DNA of 64,000 nucleotides from Nanobdellota archaeon (lineage in GTDB: Archaea > Nanobdellota > Nanobdellia > Pacearchaeales > GW2011-AR1), in assembly GCA_030647095.1 (NCBI GenBank), contig JAUSKH010000043.1, forward strand, positions 1,732-65,731. The letters run 5' to 3'. The notes under the pieces were generated by a model, which ran no database searches, was not told the origin of the DNA, and saw only the letters and a list, made by a program, of their open reading frames with translations. Position numbers and translations under genes: made by a program. Positions 47,864 to 57,358 of this stretch are shown here, one piece after another. Every line of letters begins with the position of its first letter. Positions within the stretch are counted from its first letter, which is position 1.

Positions 47864-48634
47864 TTAATGGAAGACTTTTTTTGTAACTCTTTTATTAGCT
47901 TTTAACCACATTTCATTAAAGTAATTTCTAAGATTGTCTGCAAGAGATTGAGAATGTATCAGCACAGAGAAAATAGATTCTCCCCACGAGACTAGTAGAA
48001 TTTTATCTTTTATTATATCAATATTGCCCGGAAGGGGCAAGTTGGAGAATCTCATAGTCAAATGTTTGGATTTCTTAGTAAACCAAGATTTTTTGTACTC
48101 TTCATTACAAATACCTCTATTTTTTGTTTCACTTACTAAATCAACAATACTATTATAAAATAAATTCGATTCTTCTGCATATTTTTCATCGTGTATGTAA
48201 AAGAACAAAATCTCATCATGTTTTGATGCATCCTTGCATAATTTTTCATAAGCTGTCCTTAACCCCTTCTTTCCTATAAAGACCTCTGCTTCTTGTTTAG
48301 ATTTTGACTCTTGTAACTTTTCCAGATCTGGAAGAATCTTTTTTAATGCTTCTTTTTCTTGGCTTATTTGTTCTTGCTTTTTATCGAGATATTGAATAAG
48401 GTTAGAAGGAGATGCTGCTTGAAAATATTTAGTCTTATTCTTGATAATATAGCTTACAATTCCTTTTTCTATTAACCTATGTAAGATATCATAAATATTA
48501 GAATAGGCGACTGCTGACTTCTTTACTATGGGCCCAACAGTTGAGCTTCCTAATTCGCTCAAGGCTAAGTACACTTTTGCTTCTCCTTCTGTTAGACCTA
48601 TTTTCAATAAATTAAACATTTCATGGTTAACCAT
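47864..48634 (-). CDS. TrmB-family transcriptional regulator
   Basis: IGLTEGEAKVYLALSELGSSTVGPIVKKSAVAYSNIYDILHRLIEKGIV, the TrmB wHTH. Start taken at MVNHEMFNLL. Confidence 0.75.
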   Translation of the reverse strand: MVNHEMFNLLKIGLTEGEAKVYLALSELGSSTVGPIVKKSAVAYSNIYDILHRLIEKGIVSYIIKNKTKYFQAASPSNLIQYLDKKQEQISQEKEALKKILPDLEKLQESKSKQEAEVFIGKKGLRTAYEKLCKDASKHDEILFFYIHDEKYAEESNLFYNSIVDLVSETKNRGICNEEYKKSWFTKKSKHLTMRFSNLPLPGNIDIIKDKILLVSWGESIFSVLIHSQSLADNLRNYFNEMWLKANKRVTKKVFH

Positions 48635-48743
48635 GTATAGGTAAAGTAAAGACACTATAAAATACTTTCTATTATACACCCTGTACAGGGGAGATAAATA
48701 ATATAAGTCCTTTTTCTTATAGGAAATTAAGGAGAAACGAAAA

Positions 48744-49094
48744 ATGCCACCAAGCGGATTTAGCCAAGAAGCGATAAATGGATTGCTTACATTTGTAAGA
48801 TCCACTTACGAGAATACTCTAGATAGATATAAATATAAAAATCTTCCTGAAAGAGAAAAATTACAGGCAAGTATAGGATATTTAGAAGGAGTTGTTAAAT
48901 CAACTGCTCCTTTAGCTTTAAATGGAACGGTTTCGTGTGAGGGTATAGAAGGACTAGCTAAATTTGTCTCGGTCAATTTTAGGGATCTTATAGCCGAAAT
49001 TAGTGTAGGAAAAAAGAAAGAAGGCGAGGCTATTCAGACAGAATTAACTCATATTGGTAGTTATCTTTCTCAATTTAAATTGGAGGAACAATAA
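48744..49094 (+). CDS. Hypothetical 116-aa protein
   Basis: ORF only. Confidence 0.3.
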   Translation: MPPSGFSQEAINGLLTFVRSTYENTLDRYKYKNLPEREKLQASIGYLEGVVKSTAPLALNGTVSCEGIEGLAKFVSVNFRDLIAEISVGKKKEGEAIQTELTHIGSYLSQFKLEEQ

Positions 49095-49095
49095 T

Positions 49096-49503
49096 ATGCC
49101 ACTGTGTGGATTTAACGAAAAAATGCTGAAGGGTCTTAGAGACCTCCAAGAAGGATTAGTCGAACATGGGTTATATGAACGTTCAAAAGAAACGGGTCAA
49201 ACCTATGAGGGAAGATTAAATGAAGAGTTATCCGATATGCGTAGGTTTTCTGGAGAAATGGATAGAATAGTAGATCCAGAAATGAAAGATATTACGAGAG
49301 GACTCTCAACTTTTGCAGGAGCGTTTTATAGGCTAGCAAGAAGAAAAGGATTAGACAATTATAAAGAGACTGTACAAGCAGTAAACGATTTCTTTGTCGA
49401 AATGGATAAGGTTTATTACGGAGAAAAACAGGGTGAGGGATTACAAGGAAAACCCAATGATATGAGAGATTTAGCAGACCATCTAAACAAGGTGAAAGTT
49501 TAA
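49096..49503 (+). CDS. Hypothetical ~135-aa protein
   Basis: ORF only. Start taken at MPLCGF. Confidence 0.3.
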   Translation: MPLCGFNEKMLKGLRDLQEGLVEHGLYERSKETGQTYEGRLNEELSDMRRFSGEMDRIVDPEMKDITRGLSTFAGAFYRLARRKGLDNYKETVQAVNDFFVEMDKVYYGEKQGEGLQGKPNDMRDLADHLNKVKV

Positions 49504-49518
49504 GATAAACTATAAGAA

Positions 49519-49555
49519 AAATTTTGGGACACTTCTTTCCGCTATATTTATAAGA
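49519..49555 (+). repeat. 37-bp direct repeat, left copy (duplicate of the tRNA-Ser promoter region)
   Basis: aattttgggacacttctttccgctatatttataag is identical to 52547-52583. Confidence 0.8.
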
Positions 49556-49613
49556 TAGGTCATAAAAGTGTAACAGTTAGTAAAATCACAACATAAGTTA
49601 CACGCTATCCAAC

Positions 49614-50540
49614 TTATAACTTTAATTCTTGTATTATTTCCTTTAAGAAAACATTAAATTCTTTTACAAATTTAGAAAAACTTTGGCCTATTGGAATTAA
49701 CATTAATGTCTCTTCTTCTCCTAAAATCAAATTATCACTAAGTTGAGTCTCTTTATTTTTTATATTTTGACTATACTTCTCAAATTTTAACATATTGCTT
49801 ATCTTCTCGATTATTTCCTTCTTAAAATCATTTAATTCCAATTTATCCTTTTTTGTTATTAAAAATACATCAACAAAGTCTCTTGCTTTAATTCCTCGTC
49901 TTGTTAATATTGCTCTTACTTTTTCTATAAGAATCTCTTTTAAATCATAAGCTTTAATCTTCACTGGTTTCAAAAGAGTTTCTGCATCTTCAGAAGCTAT
50001 AAAAGAAAGATCTTTTTCAAGATTCTTTGGCACAATAAGTCCTACATTTAATTCCTTTATAGGATAGTTTAGTTTTTCGATATGATTCACTTGAATTTTA
50101 ACAAATGTTTCTTTTTCTAATTCCTTAGAATTATACCAAATTTTAAAGGTTACAAATGCGTTGCTTCCTCCAAATTGAAAATATCTTTTGTTTTCTTTTT
50201 CCATTTTAAAGTCCAAATCAAGATTTTTAGCTATAATCTCTATTAATTCTCCTAATTTGTTAATCTTATCTGACATTATTTCTCTAATTTTAGTTTTTGA
50301 TTTTCCAATAAAGTCTTTTTGGTTCAAATAAGTAAAATCCATATCTTCAGAAAATCTATAATAACCAAAATAACATTTTGTTAAACAAGTTCCACCTTTG
50401 AAAGCATAATCTTGAAAAAAGTCTGTATTTTGAGTTAAATGAAATAAAATTTTACTAAGAATAATATCTTTTTCTATCAAATCTCTTCTGGCTATATTTA
50501 ATCTCTTTGAAATAAAATCTGTTAATTCTTTATTTATCAT
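49614..50540 (-). CDS. AbiEii/AbiGii-family nucleotidyltransferase toxin (type IV TA/abortive infection)
   Basis: KGGTCLTKCYFGYYRFSEDMDF matches the GGTxL...RFSxDxD signature of DUF1814. Confidence 0.7.
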   Translation of the reverse strand: MINKELTDFISKRLNIARRDLIEKDIILSKILFHLTQNTDFFQDYAFKGGTCLTKCYFGYYRFSEDMDFTYLNQKDFIGKSKTKIREIMSDKINKLGELIEIIAKNLDLDFKMEKENKRYFQFGGSNAFVTFKIWYNSKELEKETFVKIQVNHIEKLNYPIKELNVGLIVPKNLEKDLSFIASEDAETLLKPVKIKAYDLKEILIEKVRAILTRRGIKARDFVDVFLITKKDKLELNDFKKEIIEKISNMLKFEKYSQNIKNKETQLSDNLILGEEETLMLIPIGQSFSKFVKEFNVFLKEIIQELKL

Positions 50541-51145
50541 TTTAGCTCCTTTGTGATATTTATAACTCTCATATTGTAATTTTTAGCATATTTAAGTAGC
50601 TTCGTTCTTGATAATTCCTCAGAGATTTCTTCAAATTCTTCTTTAGTATAATGCTTTAAATACAACAAGTCAAGTAAAGTTTTCTCTGAATCAGAATAAT
50701 TAACCTTCCTTTTTATTATTCCAAAAGAAAACATTTTTGGAGACAGCTTATAGAATTTTACTTTTCTTCCCATCATAGTTATTGGTTTAGCTCTAAAGAG
50801 CTTATCATTGAGAACATAATCTATTGTAAAGTATTCGTGTGTTAGATTATTAAATTTCAAGCCAGTTTCTAAGCCAAAGTACCAATTTTTAACTCCTTTG
50901 ACCTTCAGTGCTTCTTTTAAAATCTCAAAAGAGTTCATTTCAGACTTGCCCCACTTCCTCTCTTCAGTAGAATAAACATAAAATATTCCTCTGAAAACTC
51001 TAGCTACATATTTGTTACGAAGCAAATATTTTATTGTTGGAAGATAATCAAGAGAGAGTCTTCTACAATAATCCTTTATTTCATCTGCCAAAATAAATTT
51101 TTTATTATCTCTGGCTAATTTTTCTACAATCAATTTAAGTGTCAT
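50537..51145 (-). CDS. AbiEi-family antitoxin/transcriptional regulator
   Basis: 202-aa ORF upstream of the AbiEii gene with a 4-bp overlap. The size and arrangement fit AbiEi. Confidence 0.6.
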   Translation of the reverse strand: MTLKLIVEKLARDNKKFILADEIKDYCRRLSLDYLPTIKYLLRNKYVARVFRGIFYVYSTEERKWGKSEMNSFEILKEALKVKGVKNWYFGLETGLKFNNLTHEYFTIDYVLNDKLFRAKPITMMGRKVKFYKLSPKMFSFGIIKRKVNYSDSEKTLLDLLYLKHYTKEEFEEISEELSRTKLLKYAKNYNMRVINITKELK

Positions 51146-51314
51146 CTTTCTCCCAGATTATAATATCATAAAGATACAAAATATGTAACCTATTGATATT
51201 TATAAATCTATCTATTTTTCTCCTTTTTAGATTAATTACAATGCTGTTTGTTACTCATATATTTTCAATCCTAAACACGAGCCTCTTGTTTCTAGTGTAT
51301 TAGACATAAAGAAT

Positions 51315-51902
51315 ATGATTAAGAAAAAACATGACTCTACCAAACCTTTGAAGGATTTTGAACTTTCCTCTGTTTTAGATTTATATTTGAAAGAATTGAA
51401 GACGATATCAACTGGAACGAAAGACGCTCACAAGTATCATCTTCTTGCTTCAAGAATTTTCTTTGAAATATTCAGAGAGCAATTAGGAGAGCCCAACAAC
51501 GAACGAGAAATAAATGAAGGCCGTGGACGAATAGACTTTACTTGTAAGAATAAAAACAAAGAAGGCATTTTCAAAAATCTGAAAGAACTTAGAGACATTA
51601 AATGTCCAGAGGTAATGGTCGAGTGCAAGAATTATGAAAACGACTTAACTAACGATGAATATTCTCAACTCTCAGAGCGATTGATAAGTGATAGGGGTGT
51701 GCTTGGTTTTCTTTTGTGTAGAAACAAGAAAGATAAAACTAAAATCTTAAAACATTGTCAAGACAGAAAGAAAGGAGGAAAATATATTATTGTTTTAGAC
51801 GACAAAGATGTAGTGGAGTTGGCTAACTATAAATTAAACGATGAAGATAGCAGTGCAATCAACGATTTTGTAGAAAATAAAATTAAAGAGATAATAGATT
51901 GA
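51315..51902 (+). CDS. PD-(D/E)xK-like nuclease-fold protein (hypothetical)
   Basis: GRIDFTC ... EVMVECKNY (D...ExK pattern). Weak assignment. Confidence 0.35.
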   Translation: MIKKKHDSTKPLKDFELSSVLDLYLKELKTISTGTKDAHKYHLLASRIFFEIFREQLGEPNNEREINEGRGRIDFTCKNKNKEGIFKNLKELRDIKCPEVMVECKNYENDLTNDEYSQLSERLISDRGVLGFLLCRNKKDKTKILKHCQDRKKGGKYIIVLDDKDVVELANYKLNDEDSSAINDFVENKIKEIID

Positions 51903-51941
51903 GTGCGTAATCTTTAAATCTTTGATTTTGTATAAATTAAT

Positions 51942-52494
51942 ATGGTAAAATTAACAAAAGAGGAAATGATTAAAGCAAATAGGAAAGAATATTTGAAAAA
52001 GTATCGTAAGAGAGAAGATGTTAAAGCTAAACAGAGAGAAAGAATGAAAAGACATAACAGCAGACCTGAAGTTAAACTGAGACAAAGGGTTTACGGGCAG
52101 AGCCCTGAATTTAAAGAGCGTAAGAGAATAAGGGCGCAACGTCCAGATGTCAAAGCTAAGAAAAAGATTTATGCCAAGCGTCCAGAAGTTTTAGCAAGAA
52201 AAAGAGAGTATATGAAAGAGTATTATGCCAGACCAGAAATTAAAGAGTATTACAGAAAATTACAATCAGTGTCCAGAGGCGAGAGCTAAGAGGAAAAAAT
52301 ACAGAAAAAAACCAAAAATTGTTTCTAAACTGAAGAAATATATGAAAGAGTATCGTAAATCTAAAAAATTTAAGCTAAAGAGTCTAGAAAGAAGTCAGAC
52401 GCCGGAAGCTATAACTTACAGAAAGGCGTATCAAAAAACACCAGAACAAACAGCTAAGCGTCGAGCTAGGCAAAAAGCAAGACGAGAAAAATGA
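51942..52494 (+). pseudogene. K/R-rich tandem-repeat protein split by a +1 frameshift near 52255-52265 (pseudogene or programmed shift)
   Basis: Repeating RPE[VI]KxKxKxY units continue across two overlapping ORFs (51942-52289 and 52225-52494). Confidence 0.4.
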
Positions 52495-52546
52495 TTACAC
52501 TAATTTCTTACAATAGCGGACAACTAAAGATTATCACTTAAAAAAA

Positions 52547-52583
52547 ATTTTGGGACACTTCTTTCCGCTATATTTATAAGTAA
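52547..52583 (+). promoter_or_regulatory. 37-bp direct repeat, right copy, containing the TATA-like tttataa ~25 bp upstream of tRNA-Ser
   Basis: Identical to 49519-49555. Its position fits an archaeal tRNA promoter. Confidence 0.6.
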
Positions 52584-52603
52584 TCTATAAATACTATTAG
52601 CAT

Positions 52604-52685
52604 GCCGACGTGGGACAATGGTACTCCGGCAGTCTTGAGAACTGCTTTCCTTCGGGATTTCCCGGTTCGATTCCGGGCGTCGGCG
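52604..52685 (+). tRNA. tRNA-Ser (anticodon UGA), type II with long variable arm
   Basis: Acceptor GCCGACG/CGTCGGC. D-stem GGA/TCC. Anticodon stem GCAGT/ACTGC with loop CTTGAGA. Variable hairpin CC-TTCG-GG. T-arm CCCGG-TTCGATT-CCGGG. Confidence 0.8.
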
Positions 52686-52742
52686 TCGTACTAGTGGAGT
52701 AAGCGCAGTAAAGTTTATAATATTTAAAAAAGTAGAAATATT

Positions 52743-52970
52743 ATGTATAGCGCAGAGAAAGTTATTGCTATTATTGGAATTTGCACTTTTTTATTCAGTT
52801 TTATTTATGGTGGTTTATACAACGATATATATTCTGTAGGTGGAGTGTTTAGTATTAAAAATATCTTATTTGCATTATTGGGTTCAGTTTTAGCAGGTGT
52901 TTTAGTATATATCTTTGTGAGGTTTATTTATTATGGTATTTCATCTATCTATTATAACTTGAAAAGATAA
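52743..52970 (+). CDS. Small two-TM membrane protein (hypothetical)
   Basis: 75-aa ORF, two hydrophobic helices. Confidence 0.3.
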   Translation: MYSAEKVIAIIGICTFLFSFIYGGLYNDIYSVGGVFSIKNILFALLGSVLAGVLVYIFVRFIYYGISSIYYNLKR

Positions 52971-53066
52971 GATTAAGAACGTCAGATAAAACGTGGCGTT
53001 GTATTATATAATGGCGTTATTTCTCTTTATGTGGGGTAGAGAGCGAATAATAAGAAGGTTTATAAA

Positions 53067-53309
53067 ATGGAAGATAAGAAAAAACGGCTAATTATTAGAA
53101 TTGTAAAAAGAGAGTTAGTAGATTATGGGAGAGATAAAATATTTGAATTAAAGACAAATACCCAATATTCTAAAGAGTTTAGTATTTCGATAACTTCATT
53201 TAAAAATATCTTGAAGAATTTAGAAAAGGAAAAACGAGATTATCGGAGCAAACAAATTAGACATCAAACAGGGAAAAAAGTATTGGGAATAAGAGTTTCT
53301 ATGGGATAA
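53067..53309 (+). CDS. Small basic hypothetical protein
   Basis: ORF only. Confidence 0.25.
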   Translation: MEDKKKRLIIRIVKRELVDYGRDKIFELKTNTQYSKEFSISITSFKNILKNLEKEKRDYRSKQIRHQTGKKVLGIRVSMG

Positions 53310-53374
53310 AATTAACTAAAGAAGAACGACAAAATAACAACATTAAAGCGAAGATTGGGGAAGATATAATTAAA

Positions 53375-53689
53375 ATGATGTATAAAAGTGATAAGTGGAA
53401 GGTGGTAAACATTCATAAATGCGCTAATAATGGGTATTGTCAGGTATTGAATACAGAAGAGATTTTAACCTTAAAATGCGGAAAATATTTTATTAAAGAT
53501 TTATCAAAAATAAAGAATAAAATAAAAGAGATACATTTCCCTGATTTACTTTTAGAGAAGAATAATGAAAAAAATATGATTATTGAAGTTAAAGGTGAGG
53601 GGTTTAATTTTCAAAAGGGGTTTAAACAGAAAAGGACATTAGAAGAATTAGGAAAAATGGGCTATGGTATTAAGATTTATATAGTTTAA
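53375..53689 (+). CDS. Small PD-(D/E)xK-like (Hjc/resolvase-like) protein
   Basis: FPDLLL...NMIIEVKGEG (D...EVK pattern). Confidence 0.3.
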   Translation: MMYKSDKWKVVNIHKCANNGYCQVLNTEEILTLKCGKYFIKDLSKIKNKIKEIHFPDLLLEKNNEKNMIIEVKGEGFNFQKGFKQKRTLEELGKMGYGIKIYIV

Positions 53690-54079
53690 ATTTGTTATTT
53701 AAATATGGGTGAAAAATTGTATTATTGCTTAGATTGTGGGAGAGAAATACACCATGTAGGAAGATGTTTGGCGTGTAATGTAAGCGCGAAAAAGAAAAGA
53801 GAAGCGCAAGAAGAAAGGAAAGAAAAGAAAGGGTGGTAAGATAAGATTGAAAATGTCAGATAAACTTTGGTGTTGTATTGTATAATAGCGTTATTTCTGT
53901 TTATATTTGGTTACAGAGAAAGAAATGCTTTAATACTATTAGCTATTATTGTGACGCTAGTAAATTGTTATTGTTATTTGAATAATAGATAATAATGCTA
54001 TTTTAAGTAATTCTTATTTAACTCTCTTAATTTCTTAAATAACCATTATTAATAGAATAAGTGTTATTACATTACCGCA

Positions 54080-54091
54080 GGGCGTCGGCGT
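54080..54091 (+). repeat. att core repeat gggcgtcggcgt (copy 2), matching the tRNA-Ser 3' end
   Basis: Exact 12-mer shared with 52675-52686 and 55534-55545. GC-rich in AT-rich DNA. Confidence 0.7.
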
Positions 54092-54124
54092 AAGACTCTA
54101 AGAAACATGAAAAGCATAAAAGAC

Positions 54125-55393
54125 TTATATTCTGTTTTCCAAAAGCCATTTCCATAATGGAATAAATTTAATTTTTATACCCTCAACCGTTCTTTCATCT
54201 TCAAAATCTTTTGTTATAATTAATCCTTTGTTTACTCTAAGTTCTTTTGAGCAACTTACAAGTCCTTTAAGTTCTCTTGATTTTGTTTTTTCTTCGGTTA
54301 TATCGTAACAAACTTGTATAATCTCATTAACTTTAAGCCCTTCTCTAATCACAAAATCAACTTCAGAACCTTGTTTATTCTTCCAATAATTTATCTCTAT
54401 ATTATTTGCTAGTCTTCTTTTTAATTCTAGGAATACGGCATTTTCGTATAATTTTCCTAAATCTTTTTTTCCAGATATTGCATACATAAATCCGGTATCT
54501 CCTAAATACGCTTTTCTTGGGTATTGAGACCTGTCTTTTATTGTCTTAGAATAAATTGGAATAAAAAAGAAAAGGTAACCTTCTTCAGAACTTTTTTCAA
54601 TATTAAGCAAAGTTTGCTTTGCTATTTTATATCCTGCACTTTTGAAAAAATTAAGGCATTTTGATGCTGAAAAATAAGATGATTCGATGATATATTTCCC
54701 GAACAATTCAACTGTTGAAAGATTCTCTTTTGCAATTTCTGCAACATCTAAACTTATTATATCCTTAAAATATGAGTCTATTAATCTTATTTTTTCAAGA
54801 TTATTCTCAATTAAAACTGTCTCTGGAAAACCTCCATAAGTTAAATATTCTGATAATAATCTCTCTATTTTTCCGATTCCTGCTGTAGTCTTTTCTATTT
54901 TAAATTTCTTGAAATCTAAAAATTCTTTAAAAGATAAAGGATATAATTCATTTGATAGAATTCTTCCTCTAAGCGACTTTGTAGGAAAGATAAGATTGCT
55001 TCTTGATGAACTAACTATAATTTTTAATTTCCCTTTTAGCATCTCATGATTTCTTGACAACCAACTCTCCCAGTCACTGACACTTGTAATTTCATCTAAT
55101 AAAAGATAGCCGCTATCTCCAAACCATTTAATTATCTTATCAAGAACCTCTTTATCACTTTTTATTCTGCTGTCTTCAAGATTAATATATCCAACTTTCT
55201 CATTTTGCTTTTTTAATAGATTGTGTAGAATAAGTAGGATACTTGTTTTTCCTGATCTTCTTACACCTGAAATTGAAATTATTTTAAGCTTGGAGTTTGA
55301 TTTAATATTTTCAAGATCTATATTTCTCTCTATAAGTTCTTTGTTTCCTGCGTAACTATTCCACTCCTCAAAAACATCTTCAATGTTATTCAT
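54125..55393 (-). CDS. AAA-superfamily ATPase with DUF4143-type C-terminal domain
   Basis: Walker A GVRRSGKTSIL and Walker B LLLDEIT. 422 aa, the typical archaeal AAA_14/DUF4143 architecture. Confidence 0.75.
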   Translation of the reverse strand: MNNIEDVFEEWNSYAGNKELIERNIDLENIKSNSKLKIISISGVRRSGKTSILLILHNLLKKQNEKVGYINLEDSRIKSDKEVLDKIIKWFGDSGYLLLDEITSVSDWESWLSRNHEMLKGKLKIIVSSSRSNLIFPTKSLRGRILSNELYPLSFKEFLDFKKFKIEKTTAGIGKIERLLSEYLTYGGFPETVLIENNLEKIRLIDSYFKDIISLDVAEIAKENLSTVELFGKYIIESSYFSASKCLNFFKSAGYKIAKQTLLNIEKSSEEGYLFFFIPIYSKTIKDRSQYPRKAYLGDTGFMYAISGKKDLGKLYENAVFLELKRRLANNIEINYWKNKQGSEVDFVIREGLKVNEIIQVCYDITEEKTKSRELKGLVSCSKELRVNKGLIITKDFEDERTVEGIKIKFIPLWKWLLENRI

Positions 55394-55532
55394 TATTGTT
55401 TTTATATAAAACGATATTTAAACCTTTCTGTTTTATTTAAAAACAGAAGCTATTACGTGGAAATGATAAAGAGGCATTTTCCTGAAAATATATTGTATCT
55501 GTTATTGATAGAATAAACGCGACCATATTATG

Positions 55533-55545
55533 GTCGGGCGTCGGC
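55533..55545 (+). repeat. att core repeat cgggcgtcggcgt (copy 3)
   Basis: Exact 13-mer match to the tRNA-Ser 3' end, preceded by hairpin gaccata-tt-atggtc. Confidence 0.7.
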
Positions 55546-55606
55546 GTTATTAACTAATAAATTCAGCAACAACAATTCTTAAAAACTTCTAGATTTGCTT
55601 CTATAA

Positions 55607-56086
55607 ATGAAAACCCGAAGATTTTACAAGTATTCTAGAGATAAGTCTGAAATAGGCTGGAAAGATTCTAACGATATCTTTGCTATTGGTACTAATTTAG
55701 AACATGTCCTTGAAGCTTTGAGACAAAAAAGCCTAAAGCAAAGATGTATTACCTATACTAATGAATGTAGTGTGGGTGGAGATGTATATGTTGTTCGTAG
55801 AAGATTGTTCCACTTTCAGAATGAGATATCTAGATTTACTGGAGATTCTGGTGGTGCTGGGGGAGATGAAGTTGCTAATATATATGAAGTGGTAATAAAC
55901 TCTACGGAAGATTGGGCTCAGTATTTATCTATTATTGTGAGAGGAAAAGAAATTGATAAAGAATTTAGTCAAAGATTAGAAATCGCTGATTTTGCTCCTG
56001 AACATTCTTATCTTGCTAAAAATGAGATTGTTGGAAAAAGATTTTCAAAAGAAGGACTTTGGTTAGATGATATCGTTGAACTGTAA
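55607..56086 (+). CDS. Hypothetical 159-aa protein
   Basis: ORF only. Confidence 0.35.
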   Translation: MKTRRFYKYSRDKSEIGWKDSNDIFAIGTNLEHVLEALRQKSLKQRCITYTNECSVGGDVYVVRRRLFHFQNEISRFTGDSGGAGGDEVANIYEVVINSTEDWAQYLSIIVRGKEIDKEFSQRLEIADFAPEHSYLAKNEIVGKRFSKEGLWLDDIVEL

Positions 56087-56155
56087 AGACTTCCTATTAT
56101 CTAAGTAACTGCTTGAATTCAATAATCCTTATAAAAGCAGAAAAGATATTTTTGA

Positions 56156-57358
56156 ATGGTTTATTTATACGGAGTTACTCATGGAGGTCAGTGGATAGAT
56201 TTTCTTTCGGGTCGTAGTGGAGAAATAGATATAATTCCAACTAAGGAAATGATTGAAGATTTATCAAGATTTCCTAAAGGAACAAAAATTGGTCTTGAAG
56301 CCTTAAGTAAAAAAGATTGGGGAGATGTGAACTTAGATTTATTTATGCGACCATTTGATCCTCCAGAACCTAGATTTGAAGATGATAAAATTGCTATGAG
56401 ACCTTACTATGAAGATAATAATCAAGCTTATTGGAAAAATTTGGAAGAGATATGTTTAAATTTTGGATTTGAGGTTGTATTTTTAGAGAATAAAAACATT
56501 TGGCTTAGATATAATGAGTCTGTAATTAAAATGGTTGAAAATGAGGCGACGAGAAGAAATCTACTCTGTAAGGAAGAAGGAGAAAGTGACGAAGATTATG
56601 CTAGAAAATTGATTAGATTTAATTCTGAGAGATATAAAGAAAATATTTTATCTAGAAAGATACATGAAATTGAAAGAGATGATTCTTTACTTGGTGCAAT
56701 CAAATCTTCAAAAGTAGATATAAGTATAAACGGAATAGCGCACTCTGATTATTGGGTGGCTAATTCTGAAAATATAAATTCTCGCTTTGGGTTTTCTTTT
56801 GAAGGATATTCTGCTGAAGTTGCAATAAATGATCTTGAATTTTTTAGAGGGAATACTCTTTTTGTTAATAATTTAACACCAGATCCTAAAAGGGTTTTTG
56901 AAAGGCAGTGTTTAGAAAGGACTGTTAAATTAATAGAAACTGGCAGGATTAGTGATAGAGAACCAAGGTTTATTGGGACTTGGAATATACATAGTCCTTA
57001 TAATGGTTATTTTGAAATATTTGTTGATAAAAGTAGAAATGGATTTTGTGGAGAAATTATAGACTGCTTGGGTGATGCTGATTTTGAAGGAGAAATAAGT
57101 GATAAAGAAATTAAGTTTACCAAGAAATATAAACAAGAAAAATGCTTAAATCGGGCAAATAAGAAAGAAATAGCTTATAGAGGGATAATTAGAAATGGAA
57201 ATGTCTTTGGATTTTATGAGAATAGTTATTTTTTAGAGCAATTTTATGCTACGCCTGGAAGTCCTAAAAATATAATTGATTTAGGAATGTCTTGGTATGA
57301 TTATGAAAGGGACAATAAACCAGAACTTGAAAATTTAGCTAAAGGGTTTTTTAACTAA
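56156..57358 (+). CDS. Hypothetical 400-aa protein, possibly TraB/GumN/Tiki-family (paired GxxH motifs)
   Basis: N-terminal LYGVTHGG (GxxH), IGLEAL (Glu) and NGIAHSDYW (GxxH). Tentative. Confidence 0.35.
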   Translation: MVYLYGVTHGGQWIDFLSGRSGEIDIIPTKEMIEDLSRFPKGTKIGLEALSKKDWGDVNLDLFMRPFDPPEPRFEDDKIAMRPYYEDNNQAYWKNLEEICLNFGFEVVFLENKNIWLRYNESVIKMVENEATRRNLLCKEEGESDEDYARKLIRFNSERYKENILSRKIHEIERDDSLLGAIKSSKVDISINGIAHSDYWVANSENINSRFGFSFEGYSAEVAINDLEFFRGNTLFVNNLTPDPKRVFERQCLERTVKLIETGRISDREPRFIGTWNIHSPYNGYFEIFVDKSRNGFCGEIIDCLGDADFEGEISDKEIKFTKKYKQEKCLNRANKKEIAYRGIIRNGNVFGFYENSYFLEQFYATPGSPKNIIDLGMSWYDYERDNKPELENLAKGFFN

